Shown here piece after piece: positions 51,201 to 64,000 of a stretch of DNA of 64,000 nt. Under the pieces are notes generated by a model that was not told the origin of the DNA, did no database searches, and worked only from the letters and a program-made list of their open reading frames with translations. Both the position numbers and the translations under genes were made by a program. Within the stretch, counting starts at the first letter, position 1. Each line of letters opens with the position of its first letter. Origin of the DNA: Haplodiscus bocki (Eukaryota); assembly GCA_965655095.1 (NCBI GenBank), contig OZ296658.1, forward strand, positions 46,252,001-46,316,000, read 5' to 3'.

Positions 51201-53049
51201 AGTGTTTCGTTGAATAAGCAATACTTTACTCTTGGATTACTCAGGGCAGGAAGTAAACGAATCTAGACTGACTGTATCAACCGAATGCACCCTTCAGTCA
51301 TTTCTTCTCTTAATGTGTCAAAAACCAAAAATTTGGAATCAGTGTTTCATTGAAGAAGCAATATTTTTTTCTTGAACTACTTAGGGCAAAAAGTGAACGA
51401 ATCCAGACTGACTGTAACACCCGATTGCACCCTTGGCCCATGTTTTCTCTTTATGTAACAAAATCCAAAAGGAACACGATTTAGTGTTTCCTTGAATAAG
51501 CAATATTTTCTCCTTGGATTACGTCGGGCACAAAGTAAACGATTCCAGCTTGACCGTAACAACCGATTGTCCCCTTGCCTCATGTTCTCTCTTTATGTAT
51601 CAAATATCAAACGGAATCGGATTTACTGTTTCATTGAAAAGGCAATATTTTATTCTTGAAAAAATTAGTCAAACAGTAAAAGAATCCAGACTGACTGTAA
51701 CCACTGACTGCACCCTTCGCCCACGTCTTCCCTTTTTGTATCAAAGTTCAGAAGGACTGGAAAATAGTGTTGCATTGAATAAGCTATATTTTACACTTGA
51801 ATTATTTAGGACAGAAAGTGAAGGAATCCAGACTGACTGTAACAACCGATTGCACCCTTGGCCCATGTCTTCTCTTTATGTATCAAAATCCAAAAAGAAA
51901 GTGGTTTAGTGTTTCAATGATTGAGCAATATTTTACTCTTTAATTACTTCGGGCACAAAGTAGACTTTTCCAGATATTGACCGTAACAAAGGTTTGCACC
52001 CTTCGTCATGTCTTTTGTTCATGTATCAAAATTAAAAATTAACTATAATTAGTGTTTCATTGAAGAAGCAATAATTTACTCTTGAATTACTTAGGGCAAA
52101 AAAGAAACGAATCCATTCCGACTAGCAACCGATCGCACCCTTTGCCCACGTCCTATCTTTATGTATCAAAAATGAGAAGGAATGGGATTTAGTGTTTCAT
52201 ATAACAGACAAAATTTTACTCATGAACTACTTAGTGCAAAAAGTAGAGGAATCCAGACTGACTGTAACAACCGATTTCACCCTTCTCCCATGTCTTCTCT
52301 TTATGTATCAACATTCAAAAGGAATTGGGTTTAGTGTTTCAGCTGAATAGGCAATCCTTTACTCTTGAACTACTTGGGACAAAAAGTAAACGAATCCAGA
52401 ATGACTGTAACAACCGATTGCACCCTTGGGCCATGTCTTCTTTTTATGTAGCAAAATCCAAAAGTAACAAGATTTAGTGTTTCCTTGAATAAGCAATATT
52501 TTCTTCTTGATTTACGTCGGGCACAAAGTAAACGATTCCAGCTTGACCGTAACAACCGATTGTACCCTTGGCTCATGTTCTCTCTTTATGTATCAAATAT
52601 CAAGCTGAATCGGGCTTACTGTTTCATTGAATAAGCAATATTTTACTCTTGAAATATTTAGTCAAACAGTAAAAAATCCAGACTGAGTGTAACCACTGAC
52701 TGCACCCTTCGCCCACGTGTTCCCTCTTTTTATCAAAGTTCACAAGGAATGGAAAATAGTGTTTCATTGAATAAGCTATATTTTACACATGAATTTTTTA
52801 GGGCAGAAAGTGAAGGAATCCAGACTGACTGTAACAACCGATTGCACCCTTGGCCCATGTCTTCTCTTTATGTATCAAAATCCAAAAAGAAAGTGGTTTA
52901 GTGTTTCATTGATTAGGCAGTAGTTTACTCTTTAATTACTTCGGGCACAAAGTAGACGTCTCCAGATATTGACCGTAACAGCCCTGTCTTTTGCTTATGT
53001 ATCAAAATTAAAAATTAACCGTATTTAGTGTTTCATTGAAGAAGCAATA

Positions 53050-56000
53050 ATTTACTCTTGAATTACTTAGGGCGAAAAAGAAACGATTCCAGATTGACTG
53101 TAACAAACGATTGCACCCTTCGCCCATGTCTTCGCTTAATATGTCAAATTTCAAAAGGAATCGGTTTTACTGTTTCATTGAAAAAGCAATATTTTATTCC
53201 TGAATTACTCAGTCAAACAGTAAACGAATCCAGACTGACTGCAACAAACGATTGCACACTTCGCCCATGACTTCTCTTCATGTATCAAAATTCAAAATGA
53301 TTGGGATTCAGTGTTTCATTGAAGAAGCAAAATTTTACTCTTGAGTTACTTAAATCGAAAAGTAAACGAATCCACACTGACTGTAACAATGGGTTGCACC
53401 CATTGCCCATGTCTTCTTTATGTGTCAAAATTCGAAAGGAATCGGATTTAGTGTTTCAATAAACATGGAATTTTTTTTCTTGGCTTACTGAAGGCAAACA
53501 GTAAAGGATTCTTTTCGGACTGTAACAACCAATTGCACCCTTCGCCCATGTCTTCTCTTTATGCATCAAAATTCAAAAGGTATGGGATTTAGTGTTTCCT
53601 TGAACAAGCAAAAATTCACTCTTGAATTACTTAGAGCAAAAATGAAACGAATCCAATCTGACTGTAAGAACCGTTTGCACCTTTCGCCCATGTCTTCTCT
53701 TTATGTATCAAAATCGAAAGGGAATGGGAATTAGTGTTTCATTGGATAGGCATTTTTTTACTCTTGAAGTACTTAGAGCAAAAAGTAACCGAATCCAGAC
53801 TGACTGTAACAACCGATTGCACTCTTGGCCCATGTCTTTTCTTTATGTATCGAAATTCAAAATGAATGGGGTTTAGTGTTTCATTGAACAAGCATTATTT
53901 TCTCTTGAATTACTTAGGGCAAAAATTATAAAAATCCAGACTGTCTGTAACAATTGATTGCTCCTTTTGTCTATTTCTTCTATTTGTGTATCGAAATTCA
54001 AACGGAATCGGATTCAGTGTGTCATTGAATAAACAATATTTTACCCTTGAGTTACTCAGGGCAAAAAGTGGACAAATCCACATTGACTGCAACAACCGAT
54101 TTCACACTTCGCCCACCTCTTCTTTTTTTGTATCAAAATTCAAAACAAATGGGGTTTAGTGTTTCATTGAAAAAACAATAATTCACTCTTGAACTTCTTA
54201 GGGCAAAAGGTACACGATTCCAGAGTGACAGTAACAACCGATTTCACACTTCGACCTTGTCTTCTCTTTATGTATCAAATTTCAAAAAGAAAGGGAAATA
54301 GTGATTCAATGAACAAGCAAGATTTTACTTTTGAAATACTTAGGGCAAAAAAGAAACGAATCCAGACTGACTGTAACAATTGCACCTTTCGCCTATGTCT
54401 TCTCTTTATGTATAAAATTCAAATGTATGGGATTTAGTGTTTCATTGATTAAACAGTATTTTACTTTTGAATTCATTACGGCAAAAACGAAATGATTCCG
54501 TTGAGACTGTAACAACCGTTTGCACCTTTCGCCCATGTCTTCTCTTTTTGTATCAAACTTCAAAAGGATTGGGATTGAGTGCTTCATTGAAAAAACATTA
54601 TTTTACCCTTGAATTACTCAGTCATACACTAAACGAATCCAAACTGACTGTAACAAACGATTGCACCCTTCGCCCATGTCTTCTCTTTATGCATCAAAAT
54701 TCAAAACGAACCGGATATAGTGTTTCCTTGAATAAGCAAAACTTCACCCTCGATCTATATAGACCAAATTTAATCAAGTCCAGATCGACAGGAACAACCC
54801 ACTGCACCCTTCGCCCATGTCTTCTCTTTATGCATCAAAATTCAAAACGAACCGGATATAGTGTTTCCTTGAATAAGCAAAACTTCACCCTCGATCTATA
54901 TAGACCAAATTTAATCAAGTCCAGATCGACAGGAACAACCCACTGCACCCTTCGCCCATGTCTTCTCTTTTTGTATCAAAATCAAAAGAATCAAATTTCG
55001 TGTTTCATTGAATAAGCAAAATTTTACTCTTGAACCACTTAGGGCAAAAGCAGGCAAATCCAGACTGTCTGTAACAATCGATGGCTCCTTTCGCCCATGT
55101 CTTCTCTTTATGCATCAAAATTCAAAAGGTATGGGATTTAGTGTTTCCTTGAACAAGCAAAAATTCACTCTTGAATTACTTAGAGCAAAAATGAAACGAA
55201 TCCAATCTGACTGTAAGAACCGTTTGCACCTTTCGCCCATGTCTTCTCTTTATGTATCAAAATCGAAAGGGAATGGGAATTAGTGTTTCATTGGATAGGC
55301 ATTTTTTTACTCTTGAAGTACTTAGAGCAAAAACTAACCGAATCCAGACTGACTGTAACAACCGATTGCACTCTTGGCCCATGTCTTTTCTTTATGTATC
55401 GAAATTCAAAATGAATGGGGTTTAGTGTTTCATTGAACAAGCATTATTTTCTCTTGAATTACTTAGGGCAATAATTATAAAAATCCAGACTGTCTGTAAC
55501 AATTGATTGCTCCTTTTGTCTATTTCTTCTATTTGTGTATCGAAATTCAAACGGAATCGGATTCAGTGTGTCATTGAATAAACAATATTTTACCCTTGAG
55601 TTACTCAGGGCAAAAAGTGGACAAATCCACATTGACTGCAACAACCGATTTCACACTTCGCCCACCTCTTCTTTTTTTGTATCAAAATTCAAAACAAATG
55701 GGGTTTAGTGTTTCATTGAAAAAACAATAATTCACTCTTGAACTTCTTAGGGCAAAAGGTACACGATTCCAGAGTGACAGTAACAACCGATTTCACACTT
55801 CGACCTTGTCTTCTCTTTATGTATCAAATTTCAAAAAGAAAGGGAAATAGTGATTCAATGAACAAGCAAGATTTTACTTTTGAAATACTTAGGGCAAAAA
55901 AGAAACGAATCCAGACTGACTGTAACAATTGCACCTTTCGCCTATGTCTTCTCTTTATGTATAAAATTCAAAAGGTATGGGATTTAGTGTTTCATTGATT

Positions 56001-59000
56001 AAACAGTATTTTACTTTTGAATTCATTACGGCAAAAACGAAATGATTCCGTTGAGACTGTAACAACCGTTTGCACCTTTCGCCCATGTCTTCTCTTTTTG
56101 TATCAAACTTCAAAAGGATTGGGATTGAGTGCTTCATTGAAAAAACATTATTTTACCCTTGAATTACTCAGTCAAACACTAAACGAATCCAAACTGACTG
56201 TAACAAACGATTGCACCCTTCGCCCATGTCTTCTCTTTTTGTATCAAAATCAAAAGAATCAAATTTCGTGTTTCATTGAATAAGCAAAATTTTACTCTTG
56301 AACCACTTAGGGCAAAAGCAGGCAAATCCAGACTGTCTGTAACAATCGATGGCTCCTTTCGCCCATTTCTTCTATTTATGTATCAAAATTCAAAAGGATT
56401 GGGATTGAGTGTTTCAGTGAATTTGCAATATTTTTTTCTTGAAATACTTAGGGCAAACAGTCAATGAATCTTTTCTGACTGTAACAACCAATTGCACCCT
56501 TCGCCCATGTCTTCTCTTTATGTATCAAAGTCGAAAGGGAATGGGAATTAGTGTTTCATTGGATAGGCATTTTTTTACTCTTGAAGTACTTAGAGCAAAA
56601 AGTAACCGAATCCAGACTGACTGTAACAACCGATTGCACTCTTGGCCCATGTCTTTTCTTTATGTATCGAAATTCAAAAAGAATGGGGTTTAGTGTTTCA
56701 TTGAACAAGCATTATTTTCTCTTGAATTACTTAGGGCAATAATTATAAAAATCCAGACTGTCTGTAACAATTGATTGCTCCTTTTGTCTATTTCTTCTAT
56801 TTGTGTATCGAAAATCAAACGGAATCGGATTCAGTGTGTCATTGAATAAACAATATTTTACCCTTGAGTTACTCAGGGCAAAAAGTGGACAAATCCACAT
56901 TGACTGCAACAACCGATTTCACACTTCGCCCACCTCTTCTTTTTTTGTATCAAAATTCAAAACAAATGGGGTTTAGTGTTTCATTGAAAAAACAATAATT
57001 CACTCTTGAACTTCTTAGGGCAAAAGGTACACGATTCCAGAGTGACAGTAACAACCGATTTCACACTTCGACCATCTCTTCTCTTTATGTATCAAATTTC
57101 AAAAGGAAAGGGAATTAGTGATTCAATGAACAAGCAAGATTTTACTTTTGGAATACTTAGGGCAAAAAAGAAACGAATCCAGACTGACTGTAACAATTGC
57201 ACCTTTCGCCTATGTCTTCTCTTTATGTATAAAATTCAAAAGGTATGGGATTTAGTGTTTCATTGATTAAACAGTATTTTACTTTTGAATTCATTACGGA
57301 AAAAACGAAAAGATTCCGTTGAGACTGTAACAACCGTTTGCACCTTTCGCCCATGTCTTCTCTTTTTGTATCAAACTTCAAAAGGATTGGGATTGAGTGC
57401 TTCATTGAAAAAACATTATTTTACCCTTGAATTACTCAGTCAAACACTAAACGAATCCAAACTGACTTTGACAACCGATTGCACCTTTCGCCCATGTCTT
57501 CTCTTTATGTATCAAAGTCGAAAGGGAATGGGAATTAGTGTTTCATTGGATAGGCATTTTTTTACTCTTGAAGTACTTAGAGCAAAAAGTAACCGAATCC
57601 AGACTGACTGTAACAACCGATTGCACTCTTGGCCCATGTCTTTTCTTTATGTATCGAAATTCAAAATGAATGGGGTTTAGTGTTTCATTGAACAAGCATT
57701 ATTTTCTCTTGAAATACTTAGGGCAATAATTATAAAAATCCAGACTGTCTGTAACAATTGATTGCTCCTTTTGTCTATTTCTTCTATTTGTGTATCGAAA
57801 TTCAAACGGAATCGGATTCAGTGTGTCATTGAATAAACAATATTTTACCCTTGAGTTACTCAGGGCAAAAAGTGGACAAATCCACATTGACTGCAACAAC
57901 CGATTTCACACTTCGCCCACCTCTTCTTTTTTTGTATCAAAATTCAAAACAAATGGGGTTTAGTGTTTCATTGAAAAAACAATAATTCACTCTTGAACTT
58001 CTTAGGGCAAAAGGTACACGATTCCAGAGTGACAGTAACAACCGATTTCACACTTCGACCATGTCTTCTCTTTATGTATCAAATTTCAAAAAGAAAGGGA
58101 AATAGTGATTCAATGAACAAGCAAGATTTTACTTTTGAAATACTTAGGGCAAAAAAGAAACGAATCCAGACTGACTGTAACAATTGCACCTTTCGCCCAT
58201 GTCTTCTCTTTTTGTATCAAACTTCAAAAGGATTGGGATTGAGTGCTTCATTGAAAAAACATTATTTTACCCTTGAATTACTCAGTCAAACACTAAACGA
58301 ATCCAAACTGACTGTAACAAACGATTGCACCCTTCGCCCATGTCTTCTCTTTATGCATCAAAATTCAAAACGAACCGGATATAGTGTTTCCTTGAATAAG
58401 CAAAACTTCACCCTCGATCTATATAGACAAAATTTAATCAAGTCCAGATCGACAGGAACAACCCACTGCACCCTTCGCCCATGTCTTCTCTTTTTGTATC
58501 AAAATCGAAAGAATCAAATTTCGTGTTCCATTGAATAAGCAAAATTTTACTCTTGAAGCACTTAGGGCAAAAGCAGGCAAATCCAGACTGTCTGTAACAA
58601 TCGATGGCTCCTTTCGCCCATTTCTTCTATTTATGTATCAAAATTCAAAAGGATTGGGATTGAGTGTTTCAGTGAATTTGCAATATTTTTTTCTTGAAAT
58701 ACTTAAGGCAAACAGTCAATGAATCTTTTCTGACTGTAACAACCAATTGCACCCTTCGCCCATGTCTTCTCTTTATGTATCAAAGTCGAAAGGGAATGGG
58801 AATTAGTGTTTCATTGGATAGGCATTTTTTTACTCTTGAAGTACTTAGAGCAAAAAGTAACCGAATCCAGACTGACTGTAACAACCGATTGCACTCTTGG
58901 CCCATGTCTTTTCTTTATGTATCGAAATTCAAAAAGAATGGGGTTTAGTGTTTCATTGAACAAGCATTATTTTCTCTTGAATTACTTAGGGCAATAATTA

Positions 59001-62000
59001 TAAAAATCCAGACTGTCTGTAACAATTGATTGCTCCTTTTGTCTATTTCTTCTATTTGTGTATCGAAAATCAAACGGAATCGGATTCAGTGTGTCATTGA
59101 ATAAACAATATTTTACCCTTGAGTTACTCAGGGCAAAAAGTGGACAAATCCACATTGACTGCAACAACCGATTTCACACTTCGCCCACCTCTTCTTTTTT
59201 TGTATCAAAATTCAAAACAAATGGGGTTTAGTGTTTCATTGAAAAAACAATAATTCACTCTTGAACTTCTTAGGGCAAAAGGTACACGATTCCAGAGTGA
59301 CAGTAACAACCGATTTCACACTTCGACCATCTCTTCTCTTTATGTATCAAATTTCAAAAGGAAAGGGAATTAGTGATTCAATGAACAAGCAAGATTTTAC
59401 TTTTGAAATACTTAGGGCAAAAAAGAAACGAATCCAGACTGACTGTAACAATTGCACTTTTCGCCTATGTCTTCTCTTTATGTATAAAATTCAAAAGGTA
59501 TGGGATTTAGTGTTTCATTGACTAAACAGTATTTTACTTTTGAATTGATTACGGCAAAAACGAAATGATTCCATTGAGACTGTAACAACCGTTTGCACCT
59601 TTCGCCCATGTCTTCTCTTTTTGTATCAAACTTCAAAAGGATTGGGATTGAGTGCTTCATTGAAAAAACATTATTTTACCCTTGAATTACTCAGTCAAAC
59701 ACTAAACGAATCCAAACTGACTTTGACAACCGATTGCAACCTTCGGCTTTATCTTCGCTTTATATATCAAAAATGAAAAAGAATGGGAATCAGTGTTTCG
59801 TTGAAAAAGCAATATTTACCTTGGACTTACTTAGGGCAAAAAGTAAACAAACCCAGACTGACAGTAACAACCGATTGCAACATTTGTCTCCTCTTTATGT
59901 GTCGAAATTCAAAATGAATCGGATTTAGTGTTTCATTGAATAAGCCTTATTTCACTCTTGAATAACATGGAGCAAGAGTAAACGAAATCAAGACCGACTG
60001 TAACAACCGGTTTTACCCTTCGCCATGTCTTCTCTTTATGTATCAACATTCATATGAATGGGATTTACTGTTTCCTTGAGAAAGCAAACCTTTCCTCTTG
60101 AATTACTCAGAGCAAAAGTAAACGAATCCAGACACTGTAACAACCGATTGCACCCTTCGCCCAGGTCGTCTCTTTTTGTATCAGAATTCAAATAGAATCA
60201 GATTTGGTTTTCGATTGAATAAGCAGAACTTTACTCTTGAATTACTTGGGGCAAAAAGTAAACGATTCTAGACTGGCAGTGACAACCCATTGCACCATTT
60301 TTTCCTCTTTAAGTGTTGAACTTCAAAAGGAATCGGATTTACTGTTTCATTGAAAAAGCAATATTTTATTCCTGAATTACTCAGTCAAACAGTAAACGAA
60401 TCCAGACTGACTGCAACAAACGATTGCACACTTCGCCCATGTCTTCTCTTTATGCATCAAAATTCAAAAGGAACCGGATATAGTGTTTCCTTGAATAAGC
60501 AAAACTTCAACCTCGATCTATTTAGACCAAATTTAATCAAGTCCAGATCGACAGGAACAACCCACTGCACCCTTCGCCCATGTCTTCTCTTTTTGTATCA
60601 AAATCAAAAGAATCAGATTTCGTGTTTCATTGAATAAGCAAAATTTTACTGTTGAACCACTTAGGGCAAAAGCAGGCAAATCCAGACTGTCTGTAACAAT
60701 CGATTGCTCCTTTCGCCCATTTCTTCTATTTATGTATCAAAATTCAAAAGGATTGGGATTGAGTGTTTCATTGAATTTGCAATATTTTTTTCTTGAAATA
60801 CTTAGGGCAAACAGTTAATGAATCTTTTCTGACTGTAACAACCAATTGCACCCTTCGCCCATGTCTTCTCTTTATGTATCAAAATCGAAAGGGAATGGAA
60901 ATTAGTGTGTCATTGAATAAACAATATTTTACCCTTGAGTTACTCAGGGCAAAAAGTGGACAAATCCACATTGACTGCAACAACCGATTTCACACTTCGC
61001 CCACCTCTTCTTTTTTTGTATCAAAATTCAAAACAAATGGGGTTTAGTGTTTCATTGAAAAAACAATAATTCGCTCTTGAACTTCTTAGGGCAAAAGGTA
61101 CACGATTCCAGAGTGACAGTAACAACCGATTTCACACTTCGACCATCTCTTCTCTTTATGTATCAAATTTCAAAAGGAAAGGGAATTAGTGATTCAATGA
61201 ACAAGCAAGATTTTACTTTTGAAATACTTAGGGCAAAAAAGAAACGAATCCAGACTGACTGTAACAATTGCACCTTTCGCCTATGTCTTCTCTTTATGTA
61301 TAAAATTCAAAAGGTATGGGATTTAGTGTTTCATTGACTAAACAGTATTTTACTTTTGAATTGATTACGGCAAAAACGAAATGATTCCATTGAGACTGTA
61401 ACAACCGTTTGCACCTTTCGCCCATGTCTTCTCCTTTTGTATCAAACTTCAAAAGGATTGGGATTGAGTGCTTCATCGAAAAAACATTATTTTAACCTTG
61501 AATTACTCAGTCAAACACTAAACGAATCCAAACTGACTTTGACAACCGATTGCACCCTTCGGCTTTATCTTCGCTTTATGTATCAAAAATGAAAAAGAAT
61601 GGGAATCAGTGTTTCGTTGAAAAAGCAATATTTACCTGGGACTTACTTAGGGCAAAAAGTAAACAAACCCAGACTGACAGTAACAACCGATTGCACCATT
61701 TGTCTCCTCTTTATGTGTCAAAATTCAAAATGAATCGGATTTAGTGTTTCATTGAATAAGCCTTATTTCACTCTTGAATAACATGGAGCAAGAGTAAACG
61801 AAATCAAGACCGACTGTAACAACCGGTTTTACCCTTCGCCATGTCTTCTCTTTATGTATCAACATTCATATGAATGGGATTTACTGTTTCCTTGAGAAAG
61901 CAAACCTTTCCTCTTGAATTACTCAGAGCAAAAGTAAACGAATCCAGACACTGTAACAACCGATTGCACCCTTCGCCCAGGTCGTCTCTTTTTGTATCAG

Positions 62001-64000
62001 AATTCAAATAGAATCAGATTTGGTTTTCGATTGAATAAGCAGAACTTTACTCTTGAATTACTTGGGGCAAAAAGTAAACGATTCTAGACTGGCAGTGACA
62101 ACCCATTGCACCATTTTTTTCTCTTTAAGTGTTGAACTTCAAAAGGAATCGGATTTACTGTTTCATTGAAAAAGCAATATTTTATTCCTGAATTACTCAG
62201 TCAAACAGTAAACGAATCCAGACTGACTGCAACAAACGATTGCACACTTCGCCCATGACTTCTCTTCATGTATCAAATTTCAAAAGGATTGGGATTCAGT
62301 GTTTCATTGAAGAAGCAATATTTTACTCTTGAGTTACTTAAATCGAAAAGTAAACGAATCCACACTGACTGTAACAACGGGTTGCACCCATTGCCGATGT
62401 CTTCCTTTATGTGTCAAAATTCGAAAGGAATCGGATTTAGTGTTTCAATAAACATGCAAATTTTTTTCTTGGATTACTTGGGGCAAACAGTAAACGAATC
62501 TTTTCTGACTGTAACCACCAATTGCACCCTTCGCCCATGTCTTCTCTTTATGTATCGAAATTCAAAATGAATGGGGTTTAGTGTTTCATTGAACAAGCAT
62601 TATTTTCTCTTGAATTACTTAGGGCAATAATTATAAAAGTTTAGACTGTCTGTAACAATTGATTGCTCCCTTTGTCTATTTCTTCTATTTGTGTATCGAA
62701 ATTCAAACGGAATCGGATTCAGTGTGTCATTGAATAAACAATATTTTACCCTTGAGTGACTCAGGGCAAAAAGTGGACAATTCCACCTTGACTGCAACAA
62801 TCGATTTCACACTTCGCCCACCTCTTCTTTTTTTGTATCAAAATTCAAAACAAATGGGGTTTAGTGTTTCATTGAAAAAACATTAATTCACTCTTGAACT
62901 TCTTAGGGCAAAAGGTACACGATTCCAGAGTGACAGTAACAGCCGATTTTGCCTTTGTCTGCTCTTCTTGTGTCAAAATTCAAAAGGAATCGGATTTAGT
63001 GTTTCATCGAATTTGCAATATTATTTTTTGAATTACTTAGGGCAAACAGTAAACAAATCTTTTCTGTCTGTAACAAACAATTGCACCCCTCGCCCATGTC
63101 TTACCTTTATGTATCAAAATTCAAAAGGTATGGGATTTAGTGTTTCCTTGAACAAGCACAAATTGACTCCTGAATTACTTAGTGCAAAAATGAAACGAAT
63201 CCATTCTGACTGTAACAACCGTTTGCACCTTTCGCCCATATCTTTTGTTTATGTATCAAAATCGAAAGGGAGTGGGAATTAGTGTTTCATTGGATAGGCA
63301 TTTTTTTACTCTTGAAGTACTTAGAGCAAAAAGTAACCGAATCCAGACTGACTGTAACAACCGATTGCACTCTTGGCCCATGTCTTCTCTTTATGTATCG
63401 AAAATCAAAATGAATGGGGTTTAGTGTTTCATTGAACAAGCATTATTTTCTCTTGAATTACTTAGGGCAATAATTATAAAAGTTTAGACTGTCTGTAACA
63501 ATTGATTGCTCCCTTTGTCTATTTCTTCTATTTGTGTATCGAAATTCAAACGGAATCGGATTCAGTGTGTCATTGAATAAACAATATTTTACCCTTGAGT
63601 GACTCAGGGCAAAAAGTGGACAATTCCACCTTGACTGCAACAACCGATTTCACACTTCGCCCACCTCTTCTTTTTTTGTATCAAAATTCAAAACAAATGG
63701 GGTTTAGTGTTTCATTGAAAAAACATTAATTCACTCTTGAACTTCTTAGGGCAAAAGGTACACGATTCCAGAGTGACAGTAACAGCCGATTTTGCCTTTG
63801 TCTGCTCTTCTTGTGTCAAAATTCAAAAGGAATCGGATTTAGTGTTTCATCGAATTTGCAATATTATTTTTTGAATTACTTAGGGCAAACAGTAAACAAA
63901 TCTTTTCTGTCTGTAACAAACAATTGCACCCCTCGCCCATGTCTTACCTTTATGTATCAAAATTCAAAAGGTATGGGATTTAGTGTTTCCTTGAACAAGC
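53050..64000 (+). repeat. Satellite domain with variable-length HORs (11-, 9-, 7-, 9-, 13-, 13-, 6-mer)
   Basis: Marker GGGCAA(A/T)AATTATAAAA at 53917, 55466, 56734, 57721, 58989, 62622 and 63465 (spacings 1549, 1268, 987, 1268, 3633, 843). 1816-bp repeat at 59261/61077 and 59734/61550. Confidence 0.9.

Larger units (their letters stand above)
17514..64000 (+). repeat. ~142-bp tandem satellite array (~330 monomers, single orientation, runs off the window end)
   Basis: TTGAATT/TTGAG anchors at 17529, 17671 and 17813 (142-bp period). Hand consensus: TTGAATTACTTAGGGCAAAAAGTAAACGAATCCAGACTGACTGTAACAACCGATTGCACCCTTCGCCCATGTCTTCTCTTTATGTATCAAAATTCAAAAGGAATCGGATTTAGTGTTTCATTGAATAAGCAATATTTTACTC. 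Confidence 0.98.

Noticed and set aside
17529-63643. Roughly 150 short ORFs in the satellite (e.g. LELLRAKSKRIQTDCNNRLHPSPMSS) as repeat-protein genes
   Set aside because: The monomer is 140-143 bp, so frame is not maintained. ORFs occur in all frames with frequent stops and match no domain I recognise; they are by-products of the repeat.
17514-64000. CRISPR array or integron cassette array
   Set aside because: The whole 142-bp unit is homologous between copies, with no unique spacers or cassettes and no cas or intI genes.

Overview
AT-rich, almost certainly eukaryotic DNA with no intact protein-coding gene that I can support. There are three zones. (1) 1-~14800 is a heavily decayed endogenous Polinton/Maverick (adintovirus-like) dsDNA virus, visible only by translating across stops and frameshifts. 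On + it has penton/minor-capsid-like, small core-like, PSAP-containing membrane protein, adenain-like protease, A32/FtsK-type packaging ATPase, a coiled-coil protein and a full-length double-jelly-roll major capsid remnant. These converge on a retroviral-type integrase and a 5'-truncated protein-primed PolB on -. A ~2.55-kb slice of the virion module is tandemly amplified (~3.9 copies, 1-~10010, open to the left), with the breakpoint between ATPase Walker A and Walker B. (2) ~14800-17510 is single-copy DNA with faint, speculative traces of an OAS-like nucleotidyltransferase and a Tpt1/KptA-like domain on -. (3) 17514-64000 (open to the right) is a unidirectional ~142-bp satellite (~330 monomers) arranged in successive domains with different higher-order repeat (HOR) periods, a centromere-like architecture. 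All protein assignments are by-eye motif recognition without database searches, and most boundaries are approximate.
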